From positions 1 through 64,000 of the forward strand of contig JYFJ02001606.1 of assembly GCA_000934665.2 (NCBI GenBank): DNA of 64,000 nucleotides. Direction: 5' to 3'. The number at the start of each line of letters is the position of its first letter. The first letter of the stretch is position 1. The stretch comes from Catajapyx aquilonaris (lineage: Eukaryota). Under the pieces are notes generated by a model that had not been told where the DNA came from, made no database searches, and saw only the letters and a program-made list of their open reading frames with translations. Below, one piece after another: positions 1 through 14,667 of this stretch. The position numbers and the translations under genes are program-made.

Positions 1-2699
1 CTAAACTCGGAAGACTTTTGGTGGGGGAGGCTGGAAAGGGGCCTTCGTGGCTGCTGCTGTAGAGGGGGCGGGGGTGGGGTTCTGCCGGAGGAGGGGTTAA
101 TCAAATTGGACGGGGCTTCAGGATGGCTGGTGGCTTCGGACAATCGAGGTTTCCGCTGCCCAAAGGAAATCAAACGGCGACCCCCGCTTATCGGACAAGG
201 AGAGGGGGGGTTCACATGGCAGTCGTTGTCGTTGGGTCTTTGCGGTTAGGCGGATTTTTTTCAAACGAGCGCAACCGAGCAGTTGAAATTCATGTATCTA
301 CAACGCTACGCTTAGGAGGGGGAAACAAAATGGCTGACGTTATGGCGGCAAAAGAGCGAATCGCCCCAGACAAACAGAGTCACCGACGCCAATTCTAAGG
401 ACAATGTGGGTCATCCGAAAATGGCGCATAATCGGGGAAATAAGTTGGCGACTTCCTCGTTTCCTTATCCGGTTGTTTACGAGCTTAATCTGTCCATTTC
501 CGGCTAGGAAAAACGTCTCCACTTTGGGAAAAAAAACAAAGAGTGGGGGCAACTTCCGGCCACGTCGTAAAAAATTTGGCAACACCCCCCCTCCCAACAA
601 TCGGGAGTGATCTTCCAGCCTTATCGCACCCTTGTTTTTCAGGTGTCTCAACTGATAGTCCTTATCTAGTGTCTATGTGCTGAGTAAACAACCTGCGTTT
701 TGCGGAAAAAAATCCTGGACAGGTTCCCATCACTAAATTGCTAATAGATGCTACTAGTGAGTCTTATTAGCAATACTCGCTATGCTCGGCGGTGGGGCTT
801 CGCCGCTCCTCTCTTGGGGCTTCGCCCTACTTCATCTGCACCTACATGGGTACTAAATGGCTATTTTTCCAGCAAAAATAAACTAGCAGGTGCGTTAAGG
901 CGTAAATGGCCAGTTATGCCGTTTTTTTCCTGTCGCTAAAACAAGAAATGAGCCGCATTTCCTGCCAGCTGCCCTAATAACAATAAGGAGCTGCCATCTT
1001 TTTTTCTCTCTCTTATCCTTCCAAGCCCTGTGTGCACATCAAGTACGAAAGCAGGCCAAATGTCTCGCCCACACTCCTTTCAAAAGATGGGGGTCCTCCA
1101 AAGAGGCTCCATCAAGAAGCATGCTGAAGAATACAGGGAGGAACCCAGGGCCCGAATTACCCCCAATTATTATGAATGACAACAGGAAATTCTGGCGCAC
1201 GTGTCCGGACGGAATGATCTCATTCTTGTGTTGACCCTAAGAATACTAAGCAGTAGGTCCTCTGGTTAAGTAAGAAAGAAAAAAAATTAAGTCAAAATTT
1301 TCGGTTCGACTCCTGGTGTGTGAGGGTGGTAATAACGCCTATTCCGCTCTTGATTACTCGCAATCAAGACCCATTACTGTAATGACTCGCCTGCCGCTTA
1401 CATTATAGGATGCTTGCAAGTGTTCTTATTTGCAGCCCTCCCAAGTGACGCCCGTTTTACCAAAATGTGGGGTGTGGTCTCGCATGTTGTTTTTTTTACA
1501 GGCATAACTTTCGAGCGAATAAACTGGTTTCAAAAACCGAGACTTTTCCGCGGTCAACGCCTCATCTGGATTTATTTATAAACGTACGGAGATAAAGTGG
1601 TGCGGTAACCACATCCCATTCTTGCTAGTGATTTATACGCATTTAATATAAAAAGGTGATTAAAATCAGACATTTCTGGATGAACGCCATCTTGGATTAC
1701 TGAAATGTCGCCAGTGTCGCTAAATGCAATTATGTAAATACGTCGTTTTTTACACCCATGTTGATTCAATGTATGAGAATCTAATTTTACAAGCTCTTTC
1801 CAAAATGAGCTTACGTATGCCCGGTAATTAAATCCTAAAATCACGAGACGGTGATGCTGCCATTTTGGAACTCAGCCTCCATCTTATTTTAACGAAGAAG
1901 TACTGCAATTATTAGAAGTATTTAAATCGGTGCCACCTCCAAGTCTTGATCTTTATCGGTAAAAAATTCCCCCGAAAATTCCACACATCTCAGGTCACCA
2001 GGAAGACTTCACACTATAAAAGCAGGGTGTTTTGTTCAACACCCAAGCCAGTGGGTGGGGACATTGCAGAAAGCTTCATATAACGGGGACCGTTCATAAA
2101 TTTAATTAACACCCCAGCTGGAGTGAAATTAGGATTGGAAAAAAGAGAAGCCTCGCCCTTCTATACTCTCTCTCCCTCTCACACACTGCACATACGCACA
2201 CATTATGTGCACACATGGATATGGAGACTAATTCTGACACTTTCTTCCTGTTGCCAGACGCGTCGAACGACTGATTCTCCTAACAAGCTGAATAGCTTTA
2301 ATGTCAAACTTCCTTCCTTAGTTCATCCGGGACACGAGGGGGCTCCACCCACCCACTATATACTATTTTTTTTACAACGCATTTTTTGTCTACCCCATTG
2401 TGTTGCTCTAGTCTCCAAATTTTTTAAACGACACACATTATGCATATTAGCCAGTGTGTAATTAAGGTGTAATTGGCTGCCTTGCGCAGAAGTGATTTAC
2501 TTCTCTTTGTTAATATTTCGAGGTGGCGCATGTGCTACAGACGCTACCAACCGATTATATTTGCGATAATACAATTTTGCGAATAATTTGTGCTGTTAGG
2601 TGTGTGAAAATTAATGGATTTTCCAAAAAAATGTCGCTTATCGCAATAACTCTAAATTATTAATCTTCATTAATATAACGAACTTCTGACTTCACTCAC

Positions 2700-2844
2700 T
2701 CCTCCTTATACAGACATGTAGTACACGTGTATGTACTGCACCGTCTTTTACGACCACCGAGATGACTCGTACTAACATCTGCCCTGCACGTGTGCAATTC
2801 CCAAAAACTGCAAAGGGCTTCATCTGGCCATAGACCATTGCCAT
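2700..2844 (-). other. Possible first exon of an unidentified minus-strand gene extending off the left edge
   Basis: TATATATA near 3088-3097 upstream, an ORF starting MAMVYGQMKP, and a donor A|GTGAGT at 2699. No recognisable protein similarity and no downstream exon identified. Confidence 0.25.
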
Positions 2845-5800
2845 CACAGTAGTTCTGAGGTGGTCGACGACACCCTCTTTTAATTTGTGAGCAGATATAT
2901 GCGAGTGTGTGCACATATGTTGCGACCCACGCCCTTCGAGGCCACACAAACGAAAAAGCCCTTGAACAGGACACTGTTCTGAAGCAAAGAAGTGACCGCT
3001 GATTCCTTGCTGATTGGAGGAATTGGGAACATCCTGTTGTTATCGCTGGGGAAGGGCCCCACTGGTGGTGGAGGGAGGGAGGGGGGTATATATATATGTG
3101 GGGAACTGTCAGGAAGCCCTTCATCTTTGCCGAAAATTACTGTCAATCACGCTTACTCCGACTCGAAACATTGTGGGGGCAGCACAGCACACGTGGAGCC
3201 GGGGTTCGAACCCAGGGGCTTGGTTTAACAATCAAGTGGAGTCTCATTTCTTACCTTTGTAGCTTAGGGCGTCGTTGCTGCTTCGATCGTCTTCAGACGT
3301 CACTTCAGGAGACGGCGTCCCCATGTTGCAGCCACCAGTATCTAAAAAAACCACGGGAGGAAATTATGGTCATGAGTTGTCCCCCTGCTGAGAACTAGTC
3401 ACCTATCATGGTACCAGAACAACTATGAATAATATCCTCTGAAGTAGATCTGTCTATCTATGGGCATGCCCTCGGTACATGTACAGCCGTGGGAACAAAC
3501 ATGGAATGAACATTGTATTTTGTGGTGGAAAAAACAAAAAAACATTTCTCAGCACATTAAAACAGGCCTTCCCACAATACCAGGTCGTTTTCGCATTATA
3601 CTGTACACAGGGTGGTATACACTATAGCCAAGTCCTTATAATAATCCATAGCTTCATCGACTGTATAAACGTATTTACATTATGCAGTATAGATAAGGGA
3701 AGATGTAGGGCAGGATCTGATGTCCCAATTGCGATTTCAATTAAGCAACTATACGCACCTATAGTTACGACACAACCGTGAAGGACGATGGTTCATTACA
3801 CTACCTATCGCAAAACTTTCTAGCTTTAGATACGGACCCGGCAAAACCGGTAAACAAGATGATAACGGTAATTCCTACTCATCGACACTGCTAGTACATG
3901 ATAGGTCAATGACGACAATAACTTGCAAAATCACATAATTCGATATGTTTTGCAAATATCTCAAACCCACGTGTTTCTCGCAAACCATACACCTGTTGAT
4001 CTCCAGGATACAAAAATTCCGTGTCCTGACCCTGACTTTGACCTACTCTAACCAGCAGGTAACTATTTCCATCCTAACAAAGGTTCCATCCCAAGGTCTC
4101 AAGATTCTGCATTTTTTTTTAAACCAGAAGATGAGGCTGCCATGATGTTAAGCTTTTTTGCCCCCGAGGCCATTGGAATCGCTCCCGGAACTCATGCCAC
4201 AAGCCGACAGAACTGAAGGACATGACCGGCCCTTCCCACACGTCGATGTGACGACGTGACGGACAGTGACACACCCAAAAAATCGGTATCCACTTTGCCA
4301 ATTTACACTGTGCAATAATGTTACATAACCAATTTTCACAACATGATTGGACCGGTTTCGTTTGCGCCACCTTTTTTTGCATCACACATTGTTAACACAC
4401 ATGCCAATTACTTACACACCACGTTTTTTTCGCAGTCCAACTAACACTTCATCGTACACACTCCTTCGATTCCACAGCACAGACTGAGGTCTACCTTTCG
4501 AGTGATGACCCTTCGAAGCTATGACGTCAACACTTCCGAGAACACTTGTGACGCAACACCCCGCCCTTTTTCAGGTGGAGCTTGCAACTTGGCAATGGGG
4601 GGAGAGTTGGGGTGAACTCCTTTTTTTTATTTTTGCAAATGTGTGGGGTCAGCCAATAGCAAAGCACGTGCACAGGGTGATTGCAAAAAAATTTAACTAT
4701 ATATTCACGCGAGACGTCAGCGCGTAAAACCTTGAGAAAACAGGTTTAGGACAGGTCGTTTACAGTGCGGAGACTGGGGAAAATCCGCGAATTTTGTGTG
4801 CGAATACGCAGCTGATAACAACCAATCAAACAATACTTAGCACTTTATTACACAAAAAAAATTTATATGGAGAGATCGGTCCAAAGTGCAGCGCAATCTG
4901 CTAAATATCAAGTGGCGCAATGACGCAGGAAATATCACGTGCCGTATGTAACCTACCTCATATCCTTTTATCTGGATATGGCCAGCTTGAATCCTGATCA
5001 GTTAAAACTGCGCGCTTTGTGATTACCCCGTATTGTGCACGTGCAAGTGGTCCGGGTTGATGGCTAGCTCTTAATTAATCATCATCTTCATTAAAGTATG
5101 GTGGGGGGTCGAAACCAAATACGCCGCAAAAATGATAACAGAATCAGAATATTTCGTGAAGGAATCGGGGGAAATCATGTTTTCACATCAAATTATAAGT
5201 ATCCAGTAAAAAATATTTCAGAAATATGAATCGTTGCTATTTTAAAAATTACTGTCTGTACTGGCCATATGGAGCCGACAAACAGCTGCTTAAAATGCTA
5301 ATGAAAATATTAGCAAATATTAGCTCGAATTAACAAGTGCATACTGTCGACTTTTAATTCAGAAATAGCTGCAATATCCCATAACCTCAACAATCTGTGC
5401 CAAACTGGACATTATTGACACAAATGCAAGCCAAAATGTCTCCAAATAGTTATCAGAAATATATCTACAACTGTTTAGTGATAAGCAGCTCACTTCACGC
5501 ACATAGCACCCTATATGTGAATCCAGTCCAGTTAATATCCAAGCTCCAATCCGTCGCGTAAAATATGCATGTAATTGTTACGCAACACTTGTCATTAGTC
5601 ATTCACGACGTGCACGAAAAACGTTTGAGTCATGACAGATATGCGCTGACTTGTGGCTTTTTTTTAAACCACTCTCAGCTCTATCCATCCGTGGCATCAC
5701 ACACAACACGACGTATACTCACATGTCAAAGGCCAGTCCACCCTGGTCACCACCATACCCTTTTGTGCTATGTGTTTTTCCTCCTTAGCAACCGATCTAC

Positions 5801-7063
5801 AGGAACCAGGAACTATCCGAAGTTATAGACTGTACTATCGGAGCAAAAGGCTTCGACGGACTAGAGAGGAGGGGGAAAAAATAGGTCTATGATAACCCCG
5901 CCCCTCCTAGCCCTCATTTAATCTAATCTGGAAGCAGATACACCAATTCCGTTGGTCCGTCTTCTGCTGGTGTGAGACTAACTCTCAAGTGCACTCCAGT
6001 GCGAGATATATTTTATAAAGTGCGCGTATGAACTACGTCAAACATTAATTATAAATGCGTTTAAATGATATATACACCCGGCGGTCAAAATGCAGCAAGG
6101 TCACTGCGTAAAATTATTAATAGACCTACAGCAGCGCAAAAGGCCAAAAATTGTAAAGCTATGTCACGAGTGAAATGTCATTGTTATGGTACATGGATAA
6201 TACACATTAACTTAACCCAGATATGCCTGAATTATTTTTGTTTCCTTTTTAAAAATATTTTCTTATTATATGAACAATTGAAGATTACAATAACTAAAAA
6301 CCTAATATTTGTACAATATACAGCACGCTAAGCCTATCTGAAATGAGAAAGGAACTTAAGTAAAATAAAATTATAGAATGAGCTTAAATTCGTATAAAAA
6401 TTAAATCAGACGATTTTAATCGTCGGTTTATGTTACACGTTAGACACCTCTCCGAATTCCACCCTTTCATTTCCAAAAAATTCTTCACCTAATTCTCCTC
6501 AACACATGGCAGTTAAGTACAGGGTTAACGTCCACTCCAAATATAACCCACCAAACAGGCCCACATAATTCAGCGGAATGTGCAAAATGGGTTCAAAAAA
6601 TCAGGTTATGCCATGCAATTAAAACGGAGGATGCTTTTTTGGCATACCGGGCAGGTCGGTGACGTCAATCACGGTAAACAAATAAGGGTATGCTAAGGTA
6701 CAATAATAGAGCCGGATACGACACAACAAGCAAAAATTTTTGTTCAGCAGGAGTCAGCAACGGAATTTTTTCCTCCTTATCCGTACACGCCATCGGTATA
6801 CTCAGGTTTACGAACCCTTTTTATCCCGACTGGCAATCCGGATTCTTTTCCTTAACGTGTTTTACAACCAGCTGGCACGAGTTCGCATGGGTCGTGATCC
6901 GGAGTCAACCCAAATTGAATGCCCGGAAATTGCAAAGTCCACCTTAAAAAAAAAACTGCCAAAGTTATGACCTTAACATGTTGCCAACAATAAAGGCGCA
7001 AACCGCGATAATTTGCAACTAAAACATTAGCATCTACGCAATCCTACATTGTTAGAGACAAAT

Positions 7064-7134
7064 GGTGGAATTTTCGTCCCACTCCTTCTTACTGCTAACT
7101 TAGCAGTAACTAGCAGTGGTACGAAAATTCCACC
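7064..7134. repeat. 71-bp near-perfect palindrome (probable miniature MITE)
   Basis: Arms 7064-7098 and 7100-7134 match at 31/35 positions as reverse complements, with a 1-nt spacer. Confidence 0.85.
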
Positions 7135-9000
7135 CATAATCCTTCGATATAACCTGCAATTATTTTCCATTTTATTATGTTAACGAGAGTAAACCCCTTG
7201 GAACTCTTGGAACTTCGTTCGTCACCCTGTATACGAAAATGCGCGGTAATTCAACCGTATCTATAACAGTGACCTTTAGCCCGAACAGGTTTGCTTTGAC
7301 GCATTAATGTGTGTTAAAAAAATTCTTAACGTTAAAAAAAAATCAAAACCTGTTCGGAGTAATTCCTAGAACTGGTGCCAGGTAGTAGCCACCTTTTGTA
7401 ATGCCTCATATGTGTGTATGTATATGTGTACTTTTAAGCATCGAAAAAAAAAACATCACTTGCGTTCTCACGTACTCAGGTTCGAGAATCCTGCGGTGCT
7501 CTCAGAGTTACAGATCAGGTGCAGAGCATTGGAAATAATGCAAGCTCATGCTGTTTCCTTGTTTATGAAGAGTTCCAAAGTACAACGATTTTGCAGTGAC
7601 GTATCAGAAGGCTTGGTCCAGCAAGGATTTCAAATTACCTTGACACTGCAAGGCGTTCAAGTGATGTATGGTAAAGTAATTAGACAACAATTTATGCGCG
7701 GGACGTGGCGCGTCAATGCCATGCGTCTTCCGGCAAACAATATTTAGTTTCATCATTACAAATTAGTATTTTTAATAATTTGTAAATGAAAATTAGATAT
7801 TTTGCGGTCAATCACTTTGTAACTATATTGTTAACCCATTTGGGAGTAATTTCCCCGCAAAATTAGACGTCGGTATAAAAATATTCAGAGCACTATATCG
7901 TGTCCGTTTCTGATAGACTGTCGTTTAGTCACGATTTATATACAGAAATCCCCCCGCCTTGATACGACGATTGTTCGAACTTTCCTGTTGGTTAAATTCT
8001 ATCATGTGATCTTCAGAATGTCAAATCACCTACAAAAAGTATCGAAGCCATCATTACACGCCTTAGACAAACAGGTGCACTGCTCAAGTCCAAGGTCTGA
8101 AGGAAGTCACGGATCATTTACCACCTCAACCAGTTTAAATTGTCTCCCCCCCCCCCNCCCCCCTTTTTTTTTGCAACAATCATATTCGCGTGTGATGCTT
8201 CTCTTGGAACAGGTTGCCAGGGTAAACAATAAATAACTTTCCCCAGGAATGGATACATGAACATCATTGCACAGATGACTGCAGTCCTTCTTCATATGCA
8301 ATATTGACATGAAATCAGCCAAATGATTGGTTGATTTTAGGGTAACACTGTTACAGCTAAATTTTCCACAATATTTTCCACAATATTTTCTCCAGCTACT
8401 GTATTTTTAAAATGTCAATATTAAACAGCGTCTTACCTTCTTCTCTGCAAAGCATTCTCTCCCCTTGTTCTCCTGCGCTGTTCCCCCACTGCATGCTTGC
8501 CTCCTTCTAGTGACAAGCAATTCTCCCAACTCGTTATCTGTGGTATTTCCGGAAAAATAAGAACAAAAAAGGAGAACCAAATCCTGTCCGGAAGCTCCAC
8601 CCACTTCTAGAGAGAGGGCCAGACTGTATTTTCTTGTTGTTGTTGTTGTAGTATTTGTTTCAGGGAGGCAGCAGAGCGGCCAGGCGACAACCCTTTATTC
8701 CTCCAGAGCCAAGGTGGAAGAACACGGTTCTGGTTTCTTGCTGGCCTGCTCTTCCATGACGGGCCCAGATGAGGGTGGAGAAGGACTTCCTCTGATTCTC
8801 ACCACATTTCTGCGAAACAAAAGTGCGAAAAAAAGCACGTCCCATTTAGAGCATGTAGGGCGTAACAATGCGTCAAACACACCCAACGCAACTTAAGGGC
8901 GGTCAAGCAGTTGGGAAAAACCGCGCACAGATGGCGCCACACAACATAACTATACGATTCGCAAAATGACCGTAAGGGTGTGTCGGTTACACGTAATAAG

Positions 9001-9450
9001 ACTAATAATAAATAAACAAAAAAATATAAACCAATAAAATTTTACGATCATGGCAAAATTCCGATATTCCGATACGTATACAATAACTTAAAACAAATAT
9101 AATACAATAAAATTGAAATTTAGAGAAAATGTCAAAATATCCAACAAAATACATGAATTATAAAATAAAAGCAACAGTAAAATAATATTACAATGAAAGA
9201 AAACACAAAATAATGATCAATAAATAAAATTACAAAGAAAAATAAACCTAAATGAAACATTAAATAAACAATATATAAAATACACTCATGAAATACTGTA
9301 TTACAAAATTAATTACGATATAATTACAATGCTATAAAATTGAAATTACTACAAAATAAAATATAAAAATTAAATTACTATAAAATAAAATACCGGTACT
9401 ACAAAATCAAAATAATGAAATACTATAAAATGCTATAAAATTTTTTAAAT
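9001..9450. repeat. A-rich low-complexity / degenerate minisatellite tract
   Basis: Strongly A-biased, with recurring units such as TACTATAAAAT / ATAAAATTGAAATT / AATGCTATAAAATT. Confidence 0.7.
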
Positions 9451-12400
9451 AATCACTGTCAGTGATTCCAGTTCTGTACAACACGCACTGCAATGCTACT
9501 GACTGGAGTTCGAAAATTGACCAACAGAGGGCGCCAGTTGCGATAAGCAGTTGGAAAATCTTCGCAGAGATGGAGCCACAAGACAACGGCAAAGGAAATT
9601 CAAAACACGTGTCTTGTCGCTCCCCATGCCCTGCCCTGATTAATTACCAGCTTCCACCATTCCAATTAGTCACTTACGGCGACATTACCCAGACTGAAAC
9701 ACGCACAGCAAACCTGCGTCGCATTTATCTGCGCCCATCATTGATTTAACCACAAGTCCTCCAGGGGGGGAGGCGGTTTTTGACGTTACATCACCCCCCA
9801 ACAACCCACTCACCTCCGGTATATAGTTTTGGGATCAATAACTAGCCGGAAGTACAAAAATAGCGAGCCAGAGAGTGTCAAATTGAGGAGGCTTCACTCT
9901 CTCAATTGATTAAACTTTTTTTTTTAAAAAAAAGCAACACCAAGTGTATGCCCCGTTCAAAAAAATGTGTTTACTCTGAACTAGCGGGTGTCAGAATTAG
10001 CCGGGTTCAAATCACCATTGGTGAATCAAGGGTCGTTGTCCTCGGATCACAAAGTGTCAGTTACTTCACCAGAGATGACAACACGCGCAAAAATTCGCCA
10101 AATTTCACCTGAATGCATGGGGGCATCGACATATAAACGCAATTACTCAACATACAGCTCTGTGGGGCAACATTAAGTAAATAATTCAACATAATATATG
10201 ACCATCTTATGAGCACATGGTCCAATCCCCCCAGTATGACAGCATCCATTACGCTGTGCCCGATTAACTCTAATAATTCTATTGCGAACACAATATTTTC
10301 TCTAATTGTATTTCATACAACATGCTTACAAGGCGTTACAAGGTTACAAAGTAGTTGATAAAACCCCAGTTATTCCGTATCTTGACCCACCTTCAAAAAA
10401 CAACCCGAGGCAAAAACCGCTCTTACCATTCCCCAAAGTGCCATCCAACAAAGGAACCAAAAACCTCCCCCGAAAATGGTCAGGATAAATCAGTGGTAGT
10501 CCAACAAAACAGAATAAGAGAGAGAGAGCGCGAGACAACAAGGGATGGCCGCTCTAGTGGAGCTCCAAGGCCCGAGTAGTCTCCCAAGGCTTCCCGGAAG
10601 TGCCAAACCGAAGTGTAAACAAGGCGAGGGAATGACGCTGGAAATATTTGCTGACGTCACTCTATGGGGGGAAGGTGGGAAGAAATTGTTCACCCAAAAA
10701 TCTTCAGACATCAAACCCACAAAAGGTGGATGGAAAAAAAATTTGGAACCGGCTCACCCGTTGCAAGAGGATGAGACACCCACATTTAAAAAAATGGTGG
10801 TTGAAAAAAATAAAAATCGGTTTAAAAGGATGTGTCTTGTCATGGTGCGTGGTCGGAGAAGACAGCGTGTTTCCTTTTTCCCGTACCTTGGCGATGTTCT
10901 CCAGTGGTTTTTCACAGTCTGAAAGACCCGCCAAGGCACTACTGTCCTACTCTTTGATTTTGCTTGGAAATATGTCCTATTGGGTCGTAATCCAGTTGAA
11001 TCCGAATATAACAGACTGGAAAGGCAAACTTCCATAAAGCGCTTTACTCCTGATATAACATACTCACTTCTACCCCACCTGGGCTGTAACGGACCATTTA
11101 TTGGCCACTCGGTGGGAAAATATGCTGCTTTTGATAATACAACTTCCTTTCCCACGCGAGGAAAGCATGTGCCATACTGGAGCGGGAGTGATTTTCGCAT
11201 CTGTCACTGATCTATGTCAAAATCATTCTTTTGTTGGTGTTTATATTTGCCAAGGACAAGAAGGCAGAATAAAATTAAATATTTTTTTTTGGGTCCTACG
11301 AACTAATTTTGCATTTTTGTGGCTATAGTTTCATAAATCAGTATGCAGTAGCGTGCATTATAAGCATAATAATTATGAAAGCAGAAAACGTGTGTATTTG
11401 TTGCAAAAGAGGCGAATTGACTATAACAGACCTCGGTTATAACATACTATTTCATCGGTCTCTTGAAGTCTGGTATATCTGGATTCAACTGTATTATCAG
11501 CTAATGGCAACAGTTACACGTAATGTAGTACCGGTACATATCTGGTTAAAAATAATTAGGAAAAATACACTAATGACTGTGGAAAATTTAATTGGGCCAC
11601 AGCAGCATTAACAAGCTTTCTGATCACATGATCCAAAAATCGGCCAATTTTGGTGGGTTGATGCTCGAAATTGCTCATTCTAATTGGCTGACATGACATA
11701 CGTATTTTGTCACAGGCAAGGTCACAGGTATGCCAAATCGACAACCTTTATCTGAAGGTGATAACACATCAGTAACATGTCTTACAGCAGCAGTGGTGTG
11801 ACAAGACAGTTCAGTACGTACCAGTACCTTGAATGGCTTAGGCTAAGTACACTAGGTGTAAAGTTACATTTAAATTCACATTAATACATATTAACAGGCT
11901 TGTAATAACAAACCTGCATTGTTAACCTACATGCCTCTCCCTCCAAATGCAATAGTGCAGGTGTTTAATCAAGTTTAGTGCTATCCTGCCTATCACATGG
12001 TGTAATCTGGCAACACTGATTAATTATAAGGAAAATGATTGCACAAGAGGAAATAGTGTGCTTCATATTCCCCTGATATGGCCCTTTTCCTGTTAGGAAT
12101 AAACCTGTTTGTGAATAGCAATTATTTGACACCACGGAAAAGACATACACACAACCTTCATTTCTGTGACCAGAGCACTTTTTCCCAGAAAATCGTGATA
12201 AGAACTTGATTGATATGCAAGGCCATGGCTGACAATAAAAACAAACAGATTTTGATCTACGTTATGTAAGCCAGCAACTCACTAAAAATTTCATACCACA
12301 TGTTGCGGAGGTCAGTAAAGAATTTCTATACGTACTGGTTGAAATACAATCGGCAAACTAGATTTTAGCTGGAATATTATTCTTCATAAAATGTCAGTAT

Positions 12401-13606
12401 TATACTGGCTTCAGTAATTGTATTCATACAGTTTTTTGCTAATATGATGCAAGTGTTCAGCAGCTGCACCAGGTCCCCACTAATAGTGGGCCAAATTCGC
12501 ATTAATCTATTATGAAGGCTTCATCGAGACAAATGGCTCAGTTTGAGAGGCGCGTAAGACCAGTGGCAGTTGAGGAACTTCTAAGACACGAGCCAGTCAA
12601 GTGCTGTGGACAAAAGCATACGCCCAGTGGCTGTGCCTCCTTTTATAATATATAAAAAAGAAGCCAGACCCAATTATCCAATTGGTGGTCCACTCTGTCT
12701 CCCTCCCATCGCCCACCCTCCTCACTCAACCCATGCCTTTATGCACCACGATCCTTCAATTGCCTGTCTGAACAGCCAGAACTGCCCTGTTTAAACTCCC
12801 ACTTCCCTTTCCCCTTCCCCTCCTCAGCACCCATCTTCTCACAGCCGATGTGCATCCAAGCGGAGTCACATACGCTATATGGTGCAGATCTAAACAAGTA
12901 CCGGATACGTTGAATAACAAGGGACCCACCGATGGGGGTCGCGGACAATCATCGCTACCGTTTGAGCCAATGTGCTATGCGGTGTCGAGTTTGATGTTCG
13001 GTTGAGAAGTAGAACTTACTTAGAGAGGCCAGTGGTTCATTCACAACTGTGATGTATGGCCTACATGTGGTGTGCATCTGTCAGGTGCTGGCCATGCAAT
13101 TGGGAAAGCAATAAATGTTACCTGCATCATAATCTCGTTTGATCATAGCTTATCCAGCCGACTCGACATGCAGGCTGGCGTCATCCAACGAAGGCTTCAT
13201 AAGTATTTTTTAAAGTACTTTTGACAAATTTAGACCTAATTTACTTTAAAATATTAATTATGCACACAGGAGTGCAAAACTTAAATTGGCATCTATAATG
13301 TCGCAAATGTTTCATCATAGGATCATGTGCGTTTTCATCGGTATCAATTGTTTAGCAACAAGATCATGTTGCTAAGTTATGTTCAGTGCAAATATTCTCA
13401 CTACAATATTTTCAAATAATATAATAATGCTGCAGCTCTGTAAGATGTCGTCAATGTCTTTGCTTCAAAGTAAGATAAAAATATGTGTCATGGCTTTTGT
13501 TTCAACATTTGTACAATAGAAGCAGGGTATGATGGCTTGACCTGGTTTGAATAATCTGGTTACAAGGGTTCTTCCCTAGTATGTAAACATACCGTATGTG
13601 CAATAA

Positions 13607-13968
13607 GGGCCTGTTTCCACCAGCATAATTTCCAAGCACAAAAAGAAAAGCACAAAAATGGAGCATAAAATCAAACAAACTCTATTATTATGAAGGTGCA
13701 TTTACATGCGAGCGACTTGATCGCACGATGTCATTGCAGCCGATAACAATGCTGAGTAACCCAAGTAACCAGTATTGTTTGAGGTGAAAATCGATTGTTA
13801 CTTTCACCTCAAACAATATTGGTTATGTCACTCGGCAATGCCTTCGCTTGTCAAATTGCTCACGCAGCTTTACTTTTGTTACTTTATTACTTATAGCCTA
13901 GCAACAAAAAAATTGTACTGGGATGAATTTTATCCATGGAACAAAAATTCGCTGGTGGAAACAGATCT
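13607..13968. mobile_element. PIF/Harbinger-type MITE (~360 bp)
   Basis: TAA on both sides (13604-13606, 13969-13971). Perfect 14-bp inverted repeat CTGTTTCCACCAGC (13611-13624) / GCTGGTGGAAACAG (13951-13964). The left end starts GGGC; the outer 4 bp of the right end are decayed. Confidence 0.75.
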
Positions 13969-14392
13969 TAAGCAAACAGGACATGGCATCTGCATAACCT
14001 AGACAAATGCGGCACCATTATTTCAGACTACGCAGTACAGGCAAGTGTTATGGTCACAACTTCTCACGTTCAATTATTGGACAATTTTAAGTGTTCTTCA
14101 TCCAAGACTAGAAAAATCCTAAATTTTGGGTATTCAGACTTAAAAATGTGCAGACGTTTCCCTCAATAAGCAGCGCACAAGGCAAGTTTTAGCACTCTCA
14201 GGTGTCCAGAAGTGGGTTAGGTAGCTTCCTTGGATATACAAACTTCCTCTTTTATATATAAGAGATATTATTAGTAAAGTAATAAGGGTAAGTTTGAGTA
14301 CTGTCAGGTGTCCGAAAGTGAGTTAAGTAGCCCCGGTAGTCCGGACCTTCAAACTTTCTTCTTGGTCGATGTCATGTAAGATTGCAGATTAA

Positions 14393-14667
14393 CCCTGGAA
14401 CAGTGCTTTTTGGACCCCACGGAATAAAATGCATTTAAATGATCATTACGATGAACTTTTGCCATTTTTTTTTACAGTATATAACAGGAAGTGCAGGTTT
14501 ATTGTGAATTAGTAATCCATTTAGGCATTGTTCAAAGAATGATTGTACATTGTCAATACATTGAAAAGTATTATAGAATAATTAATAAAAATTAAAATAT
14601 GGTGGGGTCGGAAAAGACCCCACGGCACGGTTTCCGTAATACTCGTAGGCACGGCACGGTTCCAGGG
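14393..14667. mobile_element. piggyBac-type non-autonomous MITE (~275 bp)
   Basis: TTAA on both sides (14389-14392, 14668-14671). Termini CCCTGGAACAGTGC / GCACGGTTCCAGGG match 13/14 as inverted repeats. GACCCCAC sub-terminal motifs occur in both orientations. No ORF. Confidence 0.85.

Noticed and set aside
3196..3218. GGTTCGAACCC B-box-like motif (similar motifs near 1303, 38923, 59171)
   Set aside because: No A-box at a proper spacing and no cloverleaf could be built, so a tRNA or SINE cannot be supported.
8147..8172. Ambiguous 'n' inside poly-C runs (also near 41027)
   Set aside because: Homopolymer sequencing/assembly uncertainty, not biology.
12511..13201. Possible TIR element bounded by TATGAAGGCTTC / GAAGGCTTCATA
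   Set aside because: The match is short and partly self-palindromic and decays quickly inward, which is insufficient evidence.
14198..14380. Possible tandem C/D snoRNAs on the minus strand (CTGA ends)
   Set aside because: No matching C box (RTGATGA) at a suitable distance and no convincing rRNA complementarity.
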